A stretch of DNA of 64,000 nt, from the NCBI GenBank assembly GCA_963668695.2, contig CAXXLQ010000004.1:2400001-2464000 (forward strand), in the 5' to 3' direction. The translations under genes were made by a program, and so were the position numbers. Source of the DNA: Vicinamibacteria bacterium (GTDB lineage Bacteria; Acidobacteriota; Vicinamibacteria; Marinacidobacterales; Marinacidobacteraceae). This document shows positions 1-9,603 of the stretch, piece by piece (the stretch's first letter is position 1; each line of letters opens with the position of its first letter). The notes below the pieces were generated by a model, which did not search any database, was not told the DNA's origin, and saw nothing but the letters and a program-made list of their open reading frames with translations.

Positions 1-45
1 GTCGTCGGGGCGATGCGGGGCGCTTCCCCCGCGGGCTGCTGTTAG

Positions 46-224
46 CAGCCGGTGGACAAAGTCACGCGGCGTTCGAGCGGCGATCCATCCCGGCTGAAAC
101 ACTCCGCTTCGCGTCGTTCATCGTTGCGCTTCGGTCGAAATACACCAGGTATTCCTCCCTCGCGCGCCTTGTCAGCCGGGCGCCTCGCCGCTCTCGGCGC
201 TCACGCCACTTTATCCACAGGCTG
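46..224. mobile_element. MITE-like repeat (family 1), copy without 18-mer insertions
   Basis: Terminal inverted repeats CAGCCGGTGGA...TCCACAGGCTG, flanked by TTAG and CTAG. The right end abuts the stop codon of the CBS gene. Related copies occur at 5.7, 10.1, 23.6, 24.2, 29.3-30.2, 54.0 and 54.5 kb. Confidence 0.8.
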
Positions 225-662
225 CTAGCCGCCGATGCCGTCGGCGTTGAAGAAGCTCACCACCGATTCGAGTGCTTCCTTTTCCTCGTCGAGCTTGCAC
301 TTGAGCACCTGGCGCACGGTCGCCATGCCGACCACCGCGTCGCCGTCCACCACCGGCAGATGCCGAAAGTGATGGGACACCATGACCTCAAGCGCCTGCT
401 CGAGCGACGTGTCCGGGGTGATGGTGACCGGTTCGGTGGTCATCGCATCCCCGACGGCGGTGGTTTCCGGATCCCGGTGCTGGGCAACCACCCGGGTCAT
501 GAGGTCGCGCTCGGTAAAGATCCCGGCAAGCGAGCCGTCGGGATTCATGACCGCCGCGGCGCCCACCCGAGCCTTGACCATCGCCTTTACGGTGGCGCAG
601 ATGGTCTCGCTCGGCGGGACGCAGGTCGCGGGACGGTGGCTGATCTTGAGCAGCGGATCCAT
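225..662 (-). CDS. CBS domain-containing protein
   Basis: Two CBS motifs (GIFTERD..., RHLPVVDG...VGM), 145 aa. Confidence 0.9.
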   Translation of the reverse strand: MDPLLKISHRPATCVPPSETICATVKAMVKARVGAAAVMNPDGSLAGIFTERDLMTRVVAQHRDPETTAVGDAMTTEPVTITPDTSLEQALEVMVSHHFRHLPVVDGDAVVGMATVRQVLKCKLDEEKEALESVVSFFNADGIGG

Positions 663-796
663 GACTTAGTCCTTCGATAATTTTGGTTACGAACCTGGAA
701 GTTTCGCAAAAGGCGGCCGCGATGGCAATCTCCGCTCCCGGCGATCGAAAAAGGGAACAGAATTCCCTTGGTGACCGTCGAACAGTCCACCGGATC

Positions 797-1942
797 ATGA
801 GGCTCGCCATCGTCTGCTACCCCACCCACGGCGGGAGCGGTGCGGTCGCCTCCGACCTGGCGATCGGGATGGCGGACGCCGGGCACGATGTCCACGTGGT
901 GAGTTACGCGGTGCCCTTCCGACTGCGCCGCTTCCACCCGGGAGTAAGGCTCCACGAGGTGGAGATCGCCTCCTATCCGCTCTTCCGCTACCCCCCATAC
1001 ACCCTTGGACTCGCGACGAAACTCGCCGAGGTAGCGAACGACGAGGGAGGTCTGGACGTCATCCACGCGCACTACGCGGTTCCGAACGCGGTCAGCGCTT
1101 TCCTCGCCCGCGAGATCATCGGAGACGGCCGCACCCGGGTGGTCACCACCCTCCACGGCACCGACATCACCCTCGTCGGTGCGGACAAGTCGTTCGACCG
1201 GGTCATCCGCTTTGCACTGGAGCGGTCGGACGCCGTGACCGCGGTTTCGAGCTATCTCGCCGACCGGACCCAGCGCGATTTCGCGCCGCACCTTCCCGTC
1301 GAGGTGATCCCGAACTTCGTGGATACTGCCCCGTGGGCGCCCGGACCGGAGCGCCTCGCCCGGGACGTCTGGGCCCCGGGCGGGGAACGGATCCTCATGC
1401 ACATTTCGAATTTCCGTCCGGTGAAGCGGATCAGCGATGTGGTGCGCGTCTTTGCCGAGGTGCGGCGCCAGCTTCCGGCGAAGCTGGTGCTGATCGGGGA
1501 GGGCCCGGAGCGGCTCTTCGCCCAGCAGCTCGTCCGCGAACTCGAACTCACCGCGGACGTGATCTTCCTCGGCCAGCAGGACGACATCCGGGGGCCGCTC
1601 GCCAGTGCCGATCTGCTGCTGCTTCCGAGCGAACAGGAAAGCTTCGGCTTGACCGCGCTCGAGGCGATGGTGAGCCGGGTGCCGGTGATCGCCACCTCGA
1701 TCGGTGGCCTCCCGGAGGTGGTTTCGGACGGGGAGAGCGGGCGGCTGTTTCCGGTGGGCGAGGTGCGGGGTATGGCGGCGGAGGCGGTTCGCCTGCTGAC
1801 CGACGAACCGGCCCGCCAAGCGATGGGCGAAGCGGGCCGGGCCCGCGCCATCACGCACTTCGCGCGGGAGGTCGTGTTGCCGCGCTACGAAGATCTCTAC
1901 CGCCGGGTGGTGGCCGGCGCCCCCTCAGGGGCGGTCGGCTGA
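797..1942 (+). CDS. bshA: N-acetyl-alpha-D-glucosaminyl L-malate synthase (GT4)
   Basis: Motifs CYPTHGGSG, HAHYAVP, TTLHGTDITLVG, HISNFRPVKR and ESFGLTALEAM. Start placed at ATG 797. Confidence 0.9.
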   Translation: MRLAIVCYPTHGGSGAVASDLAIGMADAGHDVHVVSYAVPFRLRRFHPGVRLHEVEIASYPLFRYPPYTLGLATKLAEVANDEGGLDVIHAHYAVPNAVSAFLAREIIGDGRTRVVTTLHGTDITLVGADKSFDRVIRFALERSDAVTAVSSYLADRTQRDFAPHLPVEVIPNFVDTAPWAPGPERLARDVWAPGGERILMHISNFRPVKRISDVVRVFAEVRRQLPAKLVLIGEGPERLFAQQLVRELELTADVIFLGQQDDIRGPLASADLLLLPSEQESFGLTALEAMVSRVPVIATSIGGLPEVVSDGESGRLFPVGEVRGMAAEAVRLLTDEPARQAMGEAGRARAITHFAREVVLPRYEDLYRRVVAGAPSGAVG

Positions 1943-1980
1943 ACCGCGCCCGGCCGGGGACATCGATCACTGGACATCGA

Positions 1981-2991
1981 TCACTCCGCTCCGTAGATCT
2001 GCTCCCGGTAGCCGAGGGCCTCCGGCCGCTCAACGAGATACGCCTGCTCCGCGAGGCTGTTCACTTCGACCTTCGCCGCCCAGCCGCCGAGGGACCGCAC
2101 CGGGATCGCGAGCGGAACCTCGAGAGCGAAGAAAGCGCCGATCTCGTCGGCGAGCCGGGCGCGGCCGGCCGGATCGAGCCACTTCTTGAGGTGGCCGGCC
2201 AGGTGCAGGAGGACGTTGTGATGCGTTCCCACGGACGCCGGCTCGGCGAGTCCGGCGAGGAAGTCCTGCCGGTACGCCGGAAATGCGGTCGCCGCGCCCC
2301 GCGTTCCAGCGAGTGTTCGACCCAGTCGGCGGGCGGTCCTTTCCGAGTGCGCCATCAGGACCATCTTCCAGCGGGCGTGGAAGTCGTAGAGCCCGGCAAC
2401 GTCCCGCGGGCCTCGAGCGAGTTCCTGAAGTTCCGCGACGGCGAAGACCCGGGTCAGCCAGTGGTCGCGGCGCGCGGGACTCTCGAGATGCACCTCGGAG
2501 ATGCGCGGAATGGCCGGGAGTGCCGCCGCCAGCCTGCCCGCGAAGATGCCGTCGCCGTCCTCGGAAAGCACGGCGCCGTTCTCGTAGAGCTTGACGTCCC
2601 CCATGCCGCAGCTCGGTGAACGGGACTTGAGCACGACGCCGGCGACTCCCACCTCCCGAAAGCGCTCCGCCGCCTTCCCGGCGTAGTCGTCCATGAGCTG
2701 AGTGAGGTCTTCGTCCCGGGACCCGAGCAGCCTGGTGACGGTCTCCATCCGTTCCAGCCGGATCTTCGGCCGCGGCACTCCGAGACCGATGCCGACCTCG
2801 GGGCACTCGGAAACCAATTCGAAAACACTGCCGAGACCGTCGTTGACATAGTCGCTCCGCCGGTGCCCGCCGTCGTAGCGCACCGCTTCGCCGAGCAGGC
2901 AGCCCGAAACAGCGATGCGGATCCGCGGTCTTGCGGTGTGCCGCTCCACGGCCTGCCGCGACGGGCGCTGTGTTCCTGCCGCCATGCTCAT
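1981..2991 (-). CDS. DUF523/DUF1722 (YbgA-like, 2-thiouracil desulfurase family) protein
   Basis: SGCLLGEAVRYDGGH, CPEVGIGLGVPR and KSRSPSCG, plus C-terminal FHARWKMVLMAH and NVLLHLAGHLK. Confidence 0.88.
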   Translation of the reverse strand: MSMAAGTQRPSRQAVERHTARPRIRIAVSGCLLGEAVRYDGGHRRSDYVNDGLGSVFELVSECPEVGIGLGVPRPKIRLERMETVTRLLGSRDEDLTQLMDDYAGKAAERFREVGVAGVVLKSRSPSCGMGDVKLYENGAVLSEDGDGIFAGRLAAALPAIPRISEVHLESPARRDHWLTRVFAVAELQELARGPRDVAGLYDFHARWKMVLMAHSERTARRLGRTLAGTRGAATAFPAYRQDFLAGLAEPASVGTHHNVLLHLAGHLKKWLDPAGRARLADEIGAFFALEVPLAIPVRSLGGWAAKVEVNSLAEQAYLVERPEALGYREQIYGAE

Positions 2992-3674
2992 TCGCTACAG
3001 AGCTGCCGCGCCGCGGCGAATACCTGGTGAAACATCGGCCGGGTAAGCCTGCCGGTGAAGGTGTTCTGCTGGCTCGGGTGGTAGCTCGCCAGCAGTTGGA
3101 CTTCGGGTGCGAGCCGGAACCGGGCGCCGTGGCCGAAGGCGGGCGCGGGAGTCGGCACTTCGCGGCCGATCGTCTTCCAGGTGCGGAGGAACGCGCGGAA
3201 GGCGATCGCGCCCAGGGCGACAACCACCCGCAGCTCTTTCGCTCCGCGGATCTCCTCCTCGAGAAAGGTCTGGCAGGAGGCAAGTTCGTCGGTGGTAGGG
3301 CGGTTCCCGGGAGGGGCGCAGTGAGCCGCGGCGGTGATCCTGGCCCCCAGCAGCCGAAGCCCGTCGTTCGGGTCGGGCGAGTGCGGCGCCGACGAGAAAC
3401 CGAACCGGTGGAGTGCCTCGTAAAGCCACTCACCCGACCGGTCCCCGGTGAACATCCGCCCCGTGCGGTTCGCGCCGTGGGCGGCGGGCGCGAGGCCCAC
3501 GATCAGCAGGCGGAAGCCGTCTTCGCCGAACGAGGGAACGGGCCGCGCCCAGTAGTCGAGCCCTCGATAGCGGCGCGGGGGCGCGAGAGCCACCGCCTCG
3601 CGATGGGCCACCAGGCGTGGACAGATCCGGCAGGCGGCGACGCGCGCGTGGAAGTCGGCCCGGTGGTTGGACAA
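2988..3674 (-). CDS. Uracil-DNA glycosylase, family 5 (UdgB-like)
   Basis: CRICPRL Fe-S motif, GLAPAAHGANRTGRMFTGD, CAPPGNRP and YHPSQQN. Start uncertain (TTG 3674 chosen; the ORF extends to 3740). Confidence 0.88.
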   Translation of the reverse strand: MSNHRADFHARVAACRICPRLVAHREAVALAPPRRYRGLDYWARPVPSFGEDGFRLLIVGLAPAAHGANRTGRMFTGDRSGEWLYEALHRFGFSSAPHSPDPNDGLRLLGARITAAAHCAPPGNRPTTDELASCQTFLEEEIRGAKELRVVVALGAIAFRAFLRTWKTIGREVPTPAPAFGHGARFRLAPEVQLLASYHPSQQNTFTGRLTRPMFHQVFAAARQLCSE

Positions 3675-3771
3675 GGGTCCCGCGATTGTCGCAGGAGCGG
3701 GTCGGCGAGCGATGAGGCATGGCGGGGATCTGGACGCCATCCGTCAGAATGTGCGGCAGGAACCCTGCCGA

Positions 3772-4566
3772 ATGAACGCGCTCCTTGCCGCCGGCTCCGG
3801 TCAGGAACGGTTTCTCGAACCGGACGATCCGGGTCGGGCGCGGCTCGCGCTGAGCTGGACGGCGGGAAGCGGCTCCGACGCTCCCGTCTGGATCTTTCTC
3901 CACGGCTTGGGCTCCGACCGGAAGGGGGACAAGGCGCGGAGGTTCCGCGACCACCTTGCCGGACGGGGGCCGGGCTTCCTCTCCCTCGACTTCACCGGAC
4001 ACGGCGAGAGTGGGGGCGACTGTCGCGACCTCTCGCTCACCCGCAATCTCGAGGACATCGGCCGGGCGGTTTCCTTCCTTCGGGAGGAGGCGCCCGACGC
4101 TCCCCTGTTTCTCGTTGGATCCTCGATGGGGGGAATCGCCGCGCTCTGGTACGCCGCGCTTCATCCCGCAGGGGTCAGCCAGGTGTTCGCCATCGCTCCC
4201 GCCTTCCTGATGGCGGCCCGCTTCGCCGCCAGCCTTTCCGCCGCCGCGCGCCGGGAGTGGGCCGATCGGGGATTCCTGCCGGTAGCTATCGGGGAGATCG
4301 TCCTCGAATTCGGATGGGGGGCCGTTGCGGATGAGGACCGCTACGACATGGACCGCCTGGCGGCGGACCTTCGAACCCCTTCGCTGCTGATCCACGGAGC
4401 GGAGGACGCCGTGGTGCCGCCGGAGCTCTCACGGGATTTCGCCCATTCCTGTCCCTTCGCCGAACTGGTCGAGATCGAAGGCGGTGACCACCGGCTGAGC
4501 GAACAAAAGGACCTCCTCTTCGAGATCATGTGGTCCGCCGCTTCCGGCGCGGTTCCGGTGACCTGA
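3772..4566 (+). CDS. Alpha/beta fold hydrolase
   Basis: FLHGLGSD, DFTGHGES, GSSMGG nucleophile elbow, IHGAED and GGDH. Confidence 0.88.
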   Translation: MNALLAAGSGQERFLEPDDPGRARLALSWTAGSGSDAPVWIFLHGLGSDRKGDKARRFRDHLAGRGPGFLSLDFTGHGESGGDCRDLSLTRNLEDIGRAVSFLREEAPDAPLFLVGSSMGGIAALWYAALHPAGVSQVFAIAPAFLMAARFAASLSAAARREWADRGFLPVAIGEIVLEFGWGAVADEDRYDMDRLAADLRTPSLLIHGAEDAVVPPELSRDFAHSCPFAELVEIEGGDHRLSEQKDLLFEIMWSAASGAVPVT

Positions 4567-5639
4567 TGTCCGCCCTGTTCCTCGCCCTGAGCGTCTACGC
4601 GGCGGTCCTGGTAGCGGCCTTCGGCTTTGGGCTCGTGCTCGAGCGGACCGCGCGCGCCTTCTTCCGCAAGAAAGCCGAGAAGACGCAAACCGACTGGGAC
4701 GACTGGCTCGCCACCGAAGGGTTCCACCTGGTGCCCTCGCTGCTGCTGGCGGTAGTCGCCACCCGGGTCCTGATGACGGTCCGGCCGCCGGCCGACACGG
4801 TGGAGCCGCTCGTGACCACCGGCCTGCAGGTTGTCCTGGTGCTGGCCGCGATCCGGGTCGGGGTGGATATCGGCCTCGCGAGCCTCCGCATCCGGCAGCA
4901 ACGGCTCGGACTCCAGGGCGTGTCCATCCTCCGCAACACCCTGGTCGGCGTGGCGCTGACCGTCGGGGTGATCGTCGTCCTGGACCAGCTTGGGATCTCG
5001 GTCGCGCCCCTGCTCGCGACCCTCGGCGTCGGGGCGCTCGCGCTCGCCCTCGCGCTCCAGCCGACGCTCGGAAACATCTTCGCCGGGATCCAGCTGGTAG
5101 TCGCCGCGGAGTTCAAGATCGATGACTTCATCCGGGTAAACGCAGCCGGGGTCGAGGGTTACGTCACCGACATCGGGTGGCGGACCACCACCCTCCGGAC
5201 CCTGCTCGACAACCACGTGATCATCCCGAATTCGCAGCTCGCCGATTCCGTGCTGACGAACCTGTACACCCCGGACCCGCGTGTCCGGCTAAGCATCGGC
5301 GTCGGGGTTCACTACGACACGGACCTCGACAAGGCCGAGCGCATCGCCCGCGAGGTGATCCGGGAGGTGCAGGACAAAACGGAGGCCGCGGTCTCCGGTT
5401 TCGAGGGCGACATCCGCTGGACGGCCTTCGGGGACTCGGCGATCACCTACGACGCGATCCTCCAGGCAAGGAAACCACTGGACCGCTTCGCGCTCGCCAG
5501 CGCCTTCATCAAGACGTTGCACCGCCGCTACGCCGAGGCGAACATCGAAATCCCGTATCCCATCCGGAATCTCTATCTCCGGACCGGACTCGAAGTGACC
5601 GGGCTCGGCAACAAGACGTCCGGCGCGGACCGGGATTGA
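4566..5639 (+). CDS. Small-conductance mechanosensitive channel (MscS family)
   Basis: TM helices, LALALQPTLGNIFAG, DIGWRTT, IPNSQL and IEIPYP. TGATG overlap with the upstream gene. Confidence 0.9.
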   Translation: MSALFLALSVYAAVLVAAFGFGLVLERTARAFFRKKAEKTQTDWDDWLATEGFHLVPSLLLAVVATRVLMTVRPPADTVEPLVTTGLQVVLVLAAIRVGVDIGLASLRIRQQRLGLQGVSILRNTLVGVALTVGVIVVLDQLGISVAPLLATLGVGALALALALQPTLGNIFAGIQLVVAAEFKIDDFIRVNAAGVEGYVTDIGWRTTTLRTLLDNHVIIPNSQLADSVLTNLYTPDPRVRLSIGVGVHYDTDLDKAERIAREVIREVQDKTEAAVSGFEGDIRWTAFGDSAITYDAILQARKPLDRFALASAFIKTLHRRYAEANIEIPYPIRNLYLRTGLEVTGLGNKTSGADRD

Positions 5640-5687
5640 CCGGAGGTCCGGCAAGTTATCTCCCAACCATTGGCCCTTGTCGAGCCA

Positions 5688-5900
5688 CCTGTGAACAAAG
5701 TGACGCGGCGTTCGACCGCCGATGCATCCCGCCTGAACCGCGCCGCTCCGCGGCGCTCATCGTTGCGCTTCGGTCGAAATACGCGCGGTATTCCTCCCTC
5801 GCGCGCCTTGTCAGCCGGGCCCCCACCGGGAGAACTGGCCCCACCGGGAGAACTGGGCCTCGCCGGTCTCGGCGCTCACGCCACTTTGTCCACAGGCTGC
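5688..5900. mobile_element. MITE-like repeat (family 1) with two tandem 18-mer insertions
   Basis: Aligns to 46-224 apart from CCCCACCGGGAGAACTGG x2 at 5821-5856. Ends TCCACAGGCTGCTAA. Confidence 0.8.
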
Positions 5901-5914
5901 TAAGGAGGTTCTTC

Positions 5915-7675
5915 ATGACAGAGGGCGATTCCACTCGTGCGCGAGCCGGGGGCGGCGCCCCCGACTCTTCGGTTCGCTACCAGCCGGACGAAAGGCCCCC
6001 GGAGGCGCTCGCCTTCGGTCTCGGCCTCCAGATGGCGATCCTGCAGATCGCGGGCATCGTCCTCACTCCCGCCATCGTGATCCGCGCCGCCGGGCTCGGC
6101 GAGCCGTACCTCTCCTGGGCCGTCTTCGCGGCGCTCGTGGTGTCCGGGCTCTCCACCATCCTGCAGGCGAACCCCGTCGGCCGCTTCGGGGCCGGGCACG
6201 TGCTGCTTATGGGAACTTCCGGCGCCTTCATTGCGATTTCGGTCGCCGCGCTCCGGGAGGGAGGGCCGGCGCTGCTCGCGGTCCTGGTCCTCGTTTCCTC
6301 CCTGTTCCAATTCGGGCTGGCCTTCCGCCTCACCTGGCTGCGCCGCGTGATTACCCCGACGGTCGCCGGGATCGTGATCATGTTGATCGCGGCCACGGTG
6401 ATGCCCATCCTGTTCCCGCTGTTGGGTGACGTTCCCGAGGACGCCCCCGCTTTCGCGGCCCCCCTCTGCGCCGGCGCGGCGCTGGCGGTCTTTGTCGGGC
6501 TCGCGCTGCGGGGAAGGGGAATCCTGCGGCTCTGGGCGCCGCTGATCGGCGTCGTCGTCGGCTCCACGGTGGGGGTCCTTACCGGAATCTTCGATTTCGA
6601 GCCGGTCAGGAACGCCGGCTGGATCGGCATCCCCGCCGGGCGGCCGGGGCTTGACCTATCGTTCGGGGCCTCCTTCTGGGCGCTCCTGCCGGCCTTCGTC
6701 TTTGTGACCCTGATCGGCGCGATCGAGACGATCGGGGACTCCATCGCCATCCAGCGGGTCTCCTGGCGGAAACCCCAGGCGCCCGATTACCGGGTGGTGG
6801 CGGGTGCGGTCGCCGCCGACGGCGTCGGCAACCTGCTTTCGGGTGTTCTCGGAACGGTCCCCAATACGACCTACTCGAACAGCATCTCGATGACCGAGCT
6901 GACCGGGGTGGCCTCGCGGCGGGTCGGGACGTGGATCGGCATCAGCTTCCTCGGTCTCGCCCTCTTCCCCAAGGTCGCCGCCCTGTTCCTGTCCATTCCG
7001 CCGCCGGTGGTGGGCGCCTTTGGCATCGCCCTGATCGGGATCCTGTTCTCTCTCGGCTTGCACATGGTCGTGAGGGACGGCATGAATCTTCAAAAGGCGG
7101 TCATCGTCGGCCTCTCCTTCTGGATCGGCACCGGCTTCCAGGCCCGGGCCATCTATCCCGAGCTGCTCGACGGTTCTTTGGGGGTGCTGCTCGACAACGG
7201 GATGACCGCCGGCGGCTTGATGGCCATTGTGTTGATGGTTTTCCTGAACCTCACCGGCGCCCGGCCGAAACGACTCGACACCAGCCTCGACATGTCGGCC
7301 GGAGCGAAGATCGAGGAGTTCCTGAGACGCCAGGCCGGACGTCGCGGCTGGGATGAGGCCTCGACGGGACGCCTCGTTTCGGCGGGGGAGGAGGCTCTGC
7401 TCACCCTGCTCCCGGATGGAGAATCAGACGAGGCGGGGGCGCGCCAACTCCGGCTCACCGCCCGTACCGGGCGGCGGTCCGCGGAACTCGAGTTCGTGGC
7501 GGCCGCGGGCGGCATGAACATCGAGGATCGGATGGCACTGCTCGGAGACCGTCCCGAGGTCCCCGACGAGAGCGAGATATCCCTGCGCCTGCTGCGGCAC
7601 TACGCGAGTTCGGTGCGCCACCAGAAGTACCCCGACGTGGACATCGTGACCGTGGAAGTGGCCGGCCGCGCCTGA
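5915..7675 (+). CDS. NCS2 family nucleobase (xanthine/uracil) permease with C-terminal HATPase-like extension
   Basis: YQPDERPP, GLQMA, ETIGD, ADGVGN and TTYSNSISMTELTGVASR. AGGAGG RBS upstream. About 140 extra soluble C-terminal residues. Confidence 0.85.
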   Translation: MTEGDSTRARAGGGAPDSSVRYQPDERPPEALAFGLGLQMAILQIAGIVLTPAIVIRAAGLGEPYLSWAVFAALVVSGLSTILQANPVGRFGAGHVLLMGTSGAFIAISVAALREGGPALLAVLVLVSSLFQFGLAFRLTWLRRVITPTVAGIVIMLIAATVMPILFPLLGDVPEDAPAFAAPLCAGAALAVFVGLALRGRGILRLWAPLIGVVVGSTVGVLTGIFDFEPVRNAGWIGIPAGRPGLDLSFGASFWALLPAFVFVTLIGAIETIGDSIAIQRVSWRKPQAPDYRVVAGAVAADGVGNLLSGVLGTVPNTTYSNSISMTELTGVASRRVGTWIGISFLGLALFPKVAALFLSIPPPVVGAFGIALIGILFSLGLHMVVRDGMNLQKAVIVGLSFWIGTGFQARAIYPELLDGSLGVLLDNGMTAGGLMAIVLMVFLNLTGARPKRLDTSLDMSAGAKIEEFLRRQAGRRGWDEASTGRLVSAGEEALLTLLPDGESDEAGARQLRLTARTGRRSAELEFVAAAGGMNIEDRMALLGDRPEVPDESEISLRLLRHYASSVRHQKYPDVDIVTVEVAGRA

Positions 7676-7770
7676 TCACCCTCGATGCGGAGCACCGAAA
7701 TGAGATGCGGAGCGCCGAAATGACCCGCGGGGCCGACAACCGTGGGTGCGTGGCCGGCCGGCCCGGAACG

Positions 7771-8379
7771 ATGGCCGGCGGGATCCGGCGCTTCGCCGCA
7801 GTCGCGCTCTTGTCGCTTGGCCTGGCGGCGACGGCTGCGGGCGCGGAGTCCTGGAGTCTGACGTCGGGCGAGGTGCGGGTCCGGTGCCGCCTTACCGTCG
7901 GGGGGAGCTTCGACGCGGTCACATCGGCGATCTCCGGAACCCTCCGCGAGGAGGGAGCAGGCGGGCGCGGATATGCGGGACCGGTCCGGGTGAGACTCGA
8001 CTTGCTCGACACCGGCATTGGACTCCGAAATATCCATCTTCGTGAGAAGTACCTGGAAGTTGACAGGGGCGAGGCGTTCCGGGAGGCCGTCCTGACCGCC
8101 GTGGAGCTGGCCGCGCCGTTTCCGTCCGGAGCCCGGGGCCACGAAACGAGGTTTGCGGGATTGCTGTCGCTCCACGGGGTGGAGCGGAGGGTCGAGGGAG
8201 AGGCGCAACTCACCCGCCGGGAGGGACGCCTGCGGGTGGAGGCCGAGTTCCCGCTGAGCCTGGCGGACTTTGAGGTCCCGCCCCCCCGCTACCTCGGGGT
8301 GGGCGTGCGTGACGAACTCCGGATCACGGTCACCTTCGATGCCGCCATCGCTCCCTCTCCTCCGGGGGCGCCGCCGTGA
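7771..8379 (+). CDS. YceI family secreted protein
   Basis: Signal peptide, LDTGIGLRNIHLR, GLLSLHGVERRV and LADFEVPPP. Start uncertain (7705-7771). Confidence 0.82.
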   Translation: MAGGIRRFAAVALLSLGLAATAAGAESWSLTSGEVRVRCRLTVGGSFDAVTSAISGTLREEGAGGRGYAGPVRVRLDLLDTGIGLRNIHLREKYLEVDRGEAFREAVLTAVELAAPFPSGARGHETRFAGLLSLHGVERRVEGEAQLTRREGRLRVEAEFPLSLADFEVPPPRYLGVGVRDELRITVTFDAAIAPSPPGAPP

Positions 8380-9524
8380 CGGGAACGCGAAGGCTTCGCG
8401 GGTACTTCTCCTTCGTCTTCGGTGCGGTGGTATCTGTCACGTGCTGGAACGCCGCGCCGGCGGTTGCGGAACCCACGTTTCTCTCGAAGCAATATCCGCG
8501 CTGCACTGCCTGCCACTACTCCCCCTCGGGGGGAGGACTCCTGACGCCGTACGGGCGTTCGCTATCGCGGGAGGAGATTTCGACCTTCGGCCGCCGGAGC
8601 GTTGCGGCGGCCGGGGAAGTCGCCCGGGCCGAGGAGGCATCCCTCTTCGGCGCCGTCCCGAACGACGTCCCGCTGCAGCTCGGGGTGGACCTCCGGCCCT
8701 CGCAGCTACGGATCGAGGTCGCCGGTCGCGACCTCCCCGACCGAAACTTCCTCATGAATCTGGATCTCCAGGCAGCCTGGCGGGCCGGGGAGTGGACCGC
8801 CTACGGCACGGTGGGGCGCCGGCCGGGCGGCGGCCTCGTGTCGTACGAACACTGGATTGCCCGGCAGGTCTCGGACCGGCTGAGCGTGCGGGGCGGGCGT
8901 TTCCTGCCGGCCTACGGAGTGCGCTTCGCCGATCACACGGCGCTTTCCCGAAACCGTCTGGGACTCGCCGAAGACGACCAGATCTACGGGGTGGAACTGG
9001 GACTCTCCACCGATCGCTCGCTGCTCCAGATGACGGTCGGGCCCGGTCGGGCGGAGTCGTTCGTGGACAACGACGGGAGACGGGCCCTCACCGTCAGCGG
9101 CCGCCTGCAGCGCGATCTCGGCTCTCGCACGGTTCTGGTGGGATCGGTTCTCTATCGCGGCGACGCCGCTAGGGCTCCCCGCAGCACTTCGGCGGGAGTC
9201 TCGTTCGGATACGCCCCGGTCCCCTGGCTGGTGACCTGGACCCAGGCGGATGCCCGGCTCCAGGACCCGGCGAGAGGCGATCGAACCATCATCCTCACCA
9301 ACCAGACGTCGGTCGAGGCGTGGCGCGGGATCTGGCTCCGGGTCTCGCCGCAGGTGTTCCGGGCATCGGGGGACCCCCGAGCCGAGATCCGCCGGATGGT
9401 CTACGGGCTGGACCTCTACCCTCGCACCCACTGGCACCTCAACCTGTCCTGGTACCGGGACCGGTTCGTGTCCGCCGGCCGGCTCGATACGCGACTGCTC
9501 GCGCAGTTGCACCTGTATTTGTAA
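8376..9524 (+). CDS. Putative outer-membrane beta-barrel protein with N-terminal CxxCH heme motif
   Basis: Signal peptide, CTACHYSPSGGGLLTPYGR, alternating beta-strand pattern and aromatic C-terminus (QLHLYL). Confidence 0.7.
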   Translation: MTGTRRLRGYFSFVFGAVVSVTCWNAAPAVAEPTFLSKQYPRCTACHYSPSGGGLLTPYGRSLSREEISTFGRRSVAAAGEVARAEEASLFGAVPNDVPLQLGVDLRPSQLRIEVAGRDLPDRNFLMNLDLQAAWRAGEWTAYGTVGRRPGGGLVSYEHWIARQVSDRLSVRGGRFLPAYGVRFADHTALSRNRLGLAEDDQIYGVELGLSTDRSLLQMTVGPGRAESFVDNDGRRALTVSGRLQRDLGSRTVLVGSVLYRGDAARAPRSTSAGVSFGYAPVPWLVTWTQADARLQDPARGDRTIILTNQTSVEAWRGIWLRVSPQVFRASGDPRAEIRRMVYGLDLYPRTHWHLNLSWYRDRFVSAGRLDTRLLAQLHLYL

Positions 9525-9603
9525 CGAGGACCACCTGTCGCCGGGCGGTCCATCCGCTGCACGAAAGGCTGGGGCCGGGACGCTATTTGGTATGTTGCGG
9601 CCC

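Noticed and set aside
5177-5914. N-terminal extension of the permease ORF (832 aa)
   Set aside because: It overlaps the MscS gene and a MITE. The RBS and family similarity place the start at 5915.
7684-7723. 20-bp tandem duplication, and similar short ones at ~14854, ~27262, ~41870 and ~53915
   Set aside because: Ordinary local slippage duplications, unrelated in sequence to the 18-mer.
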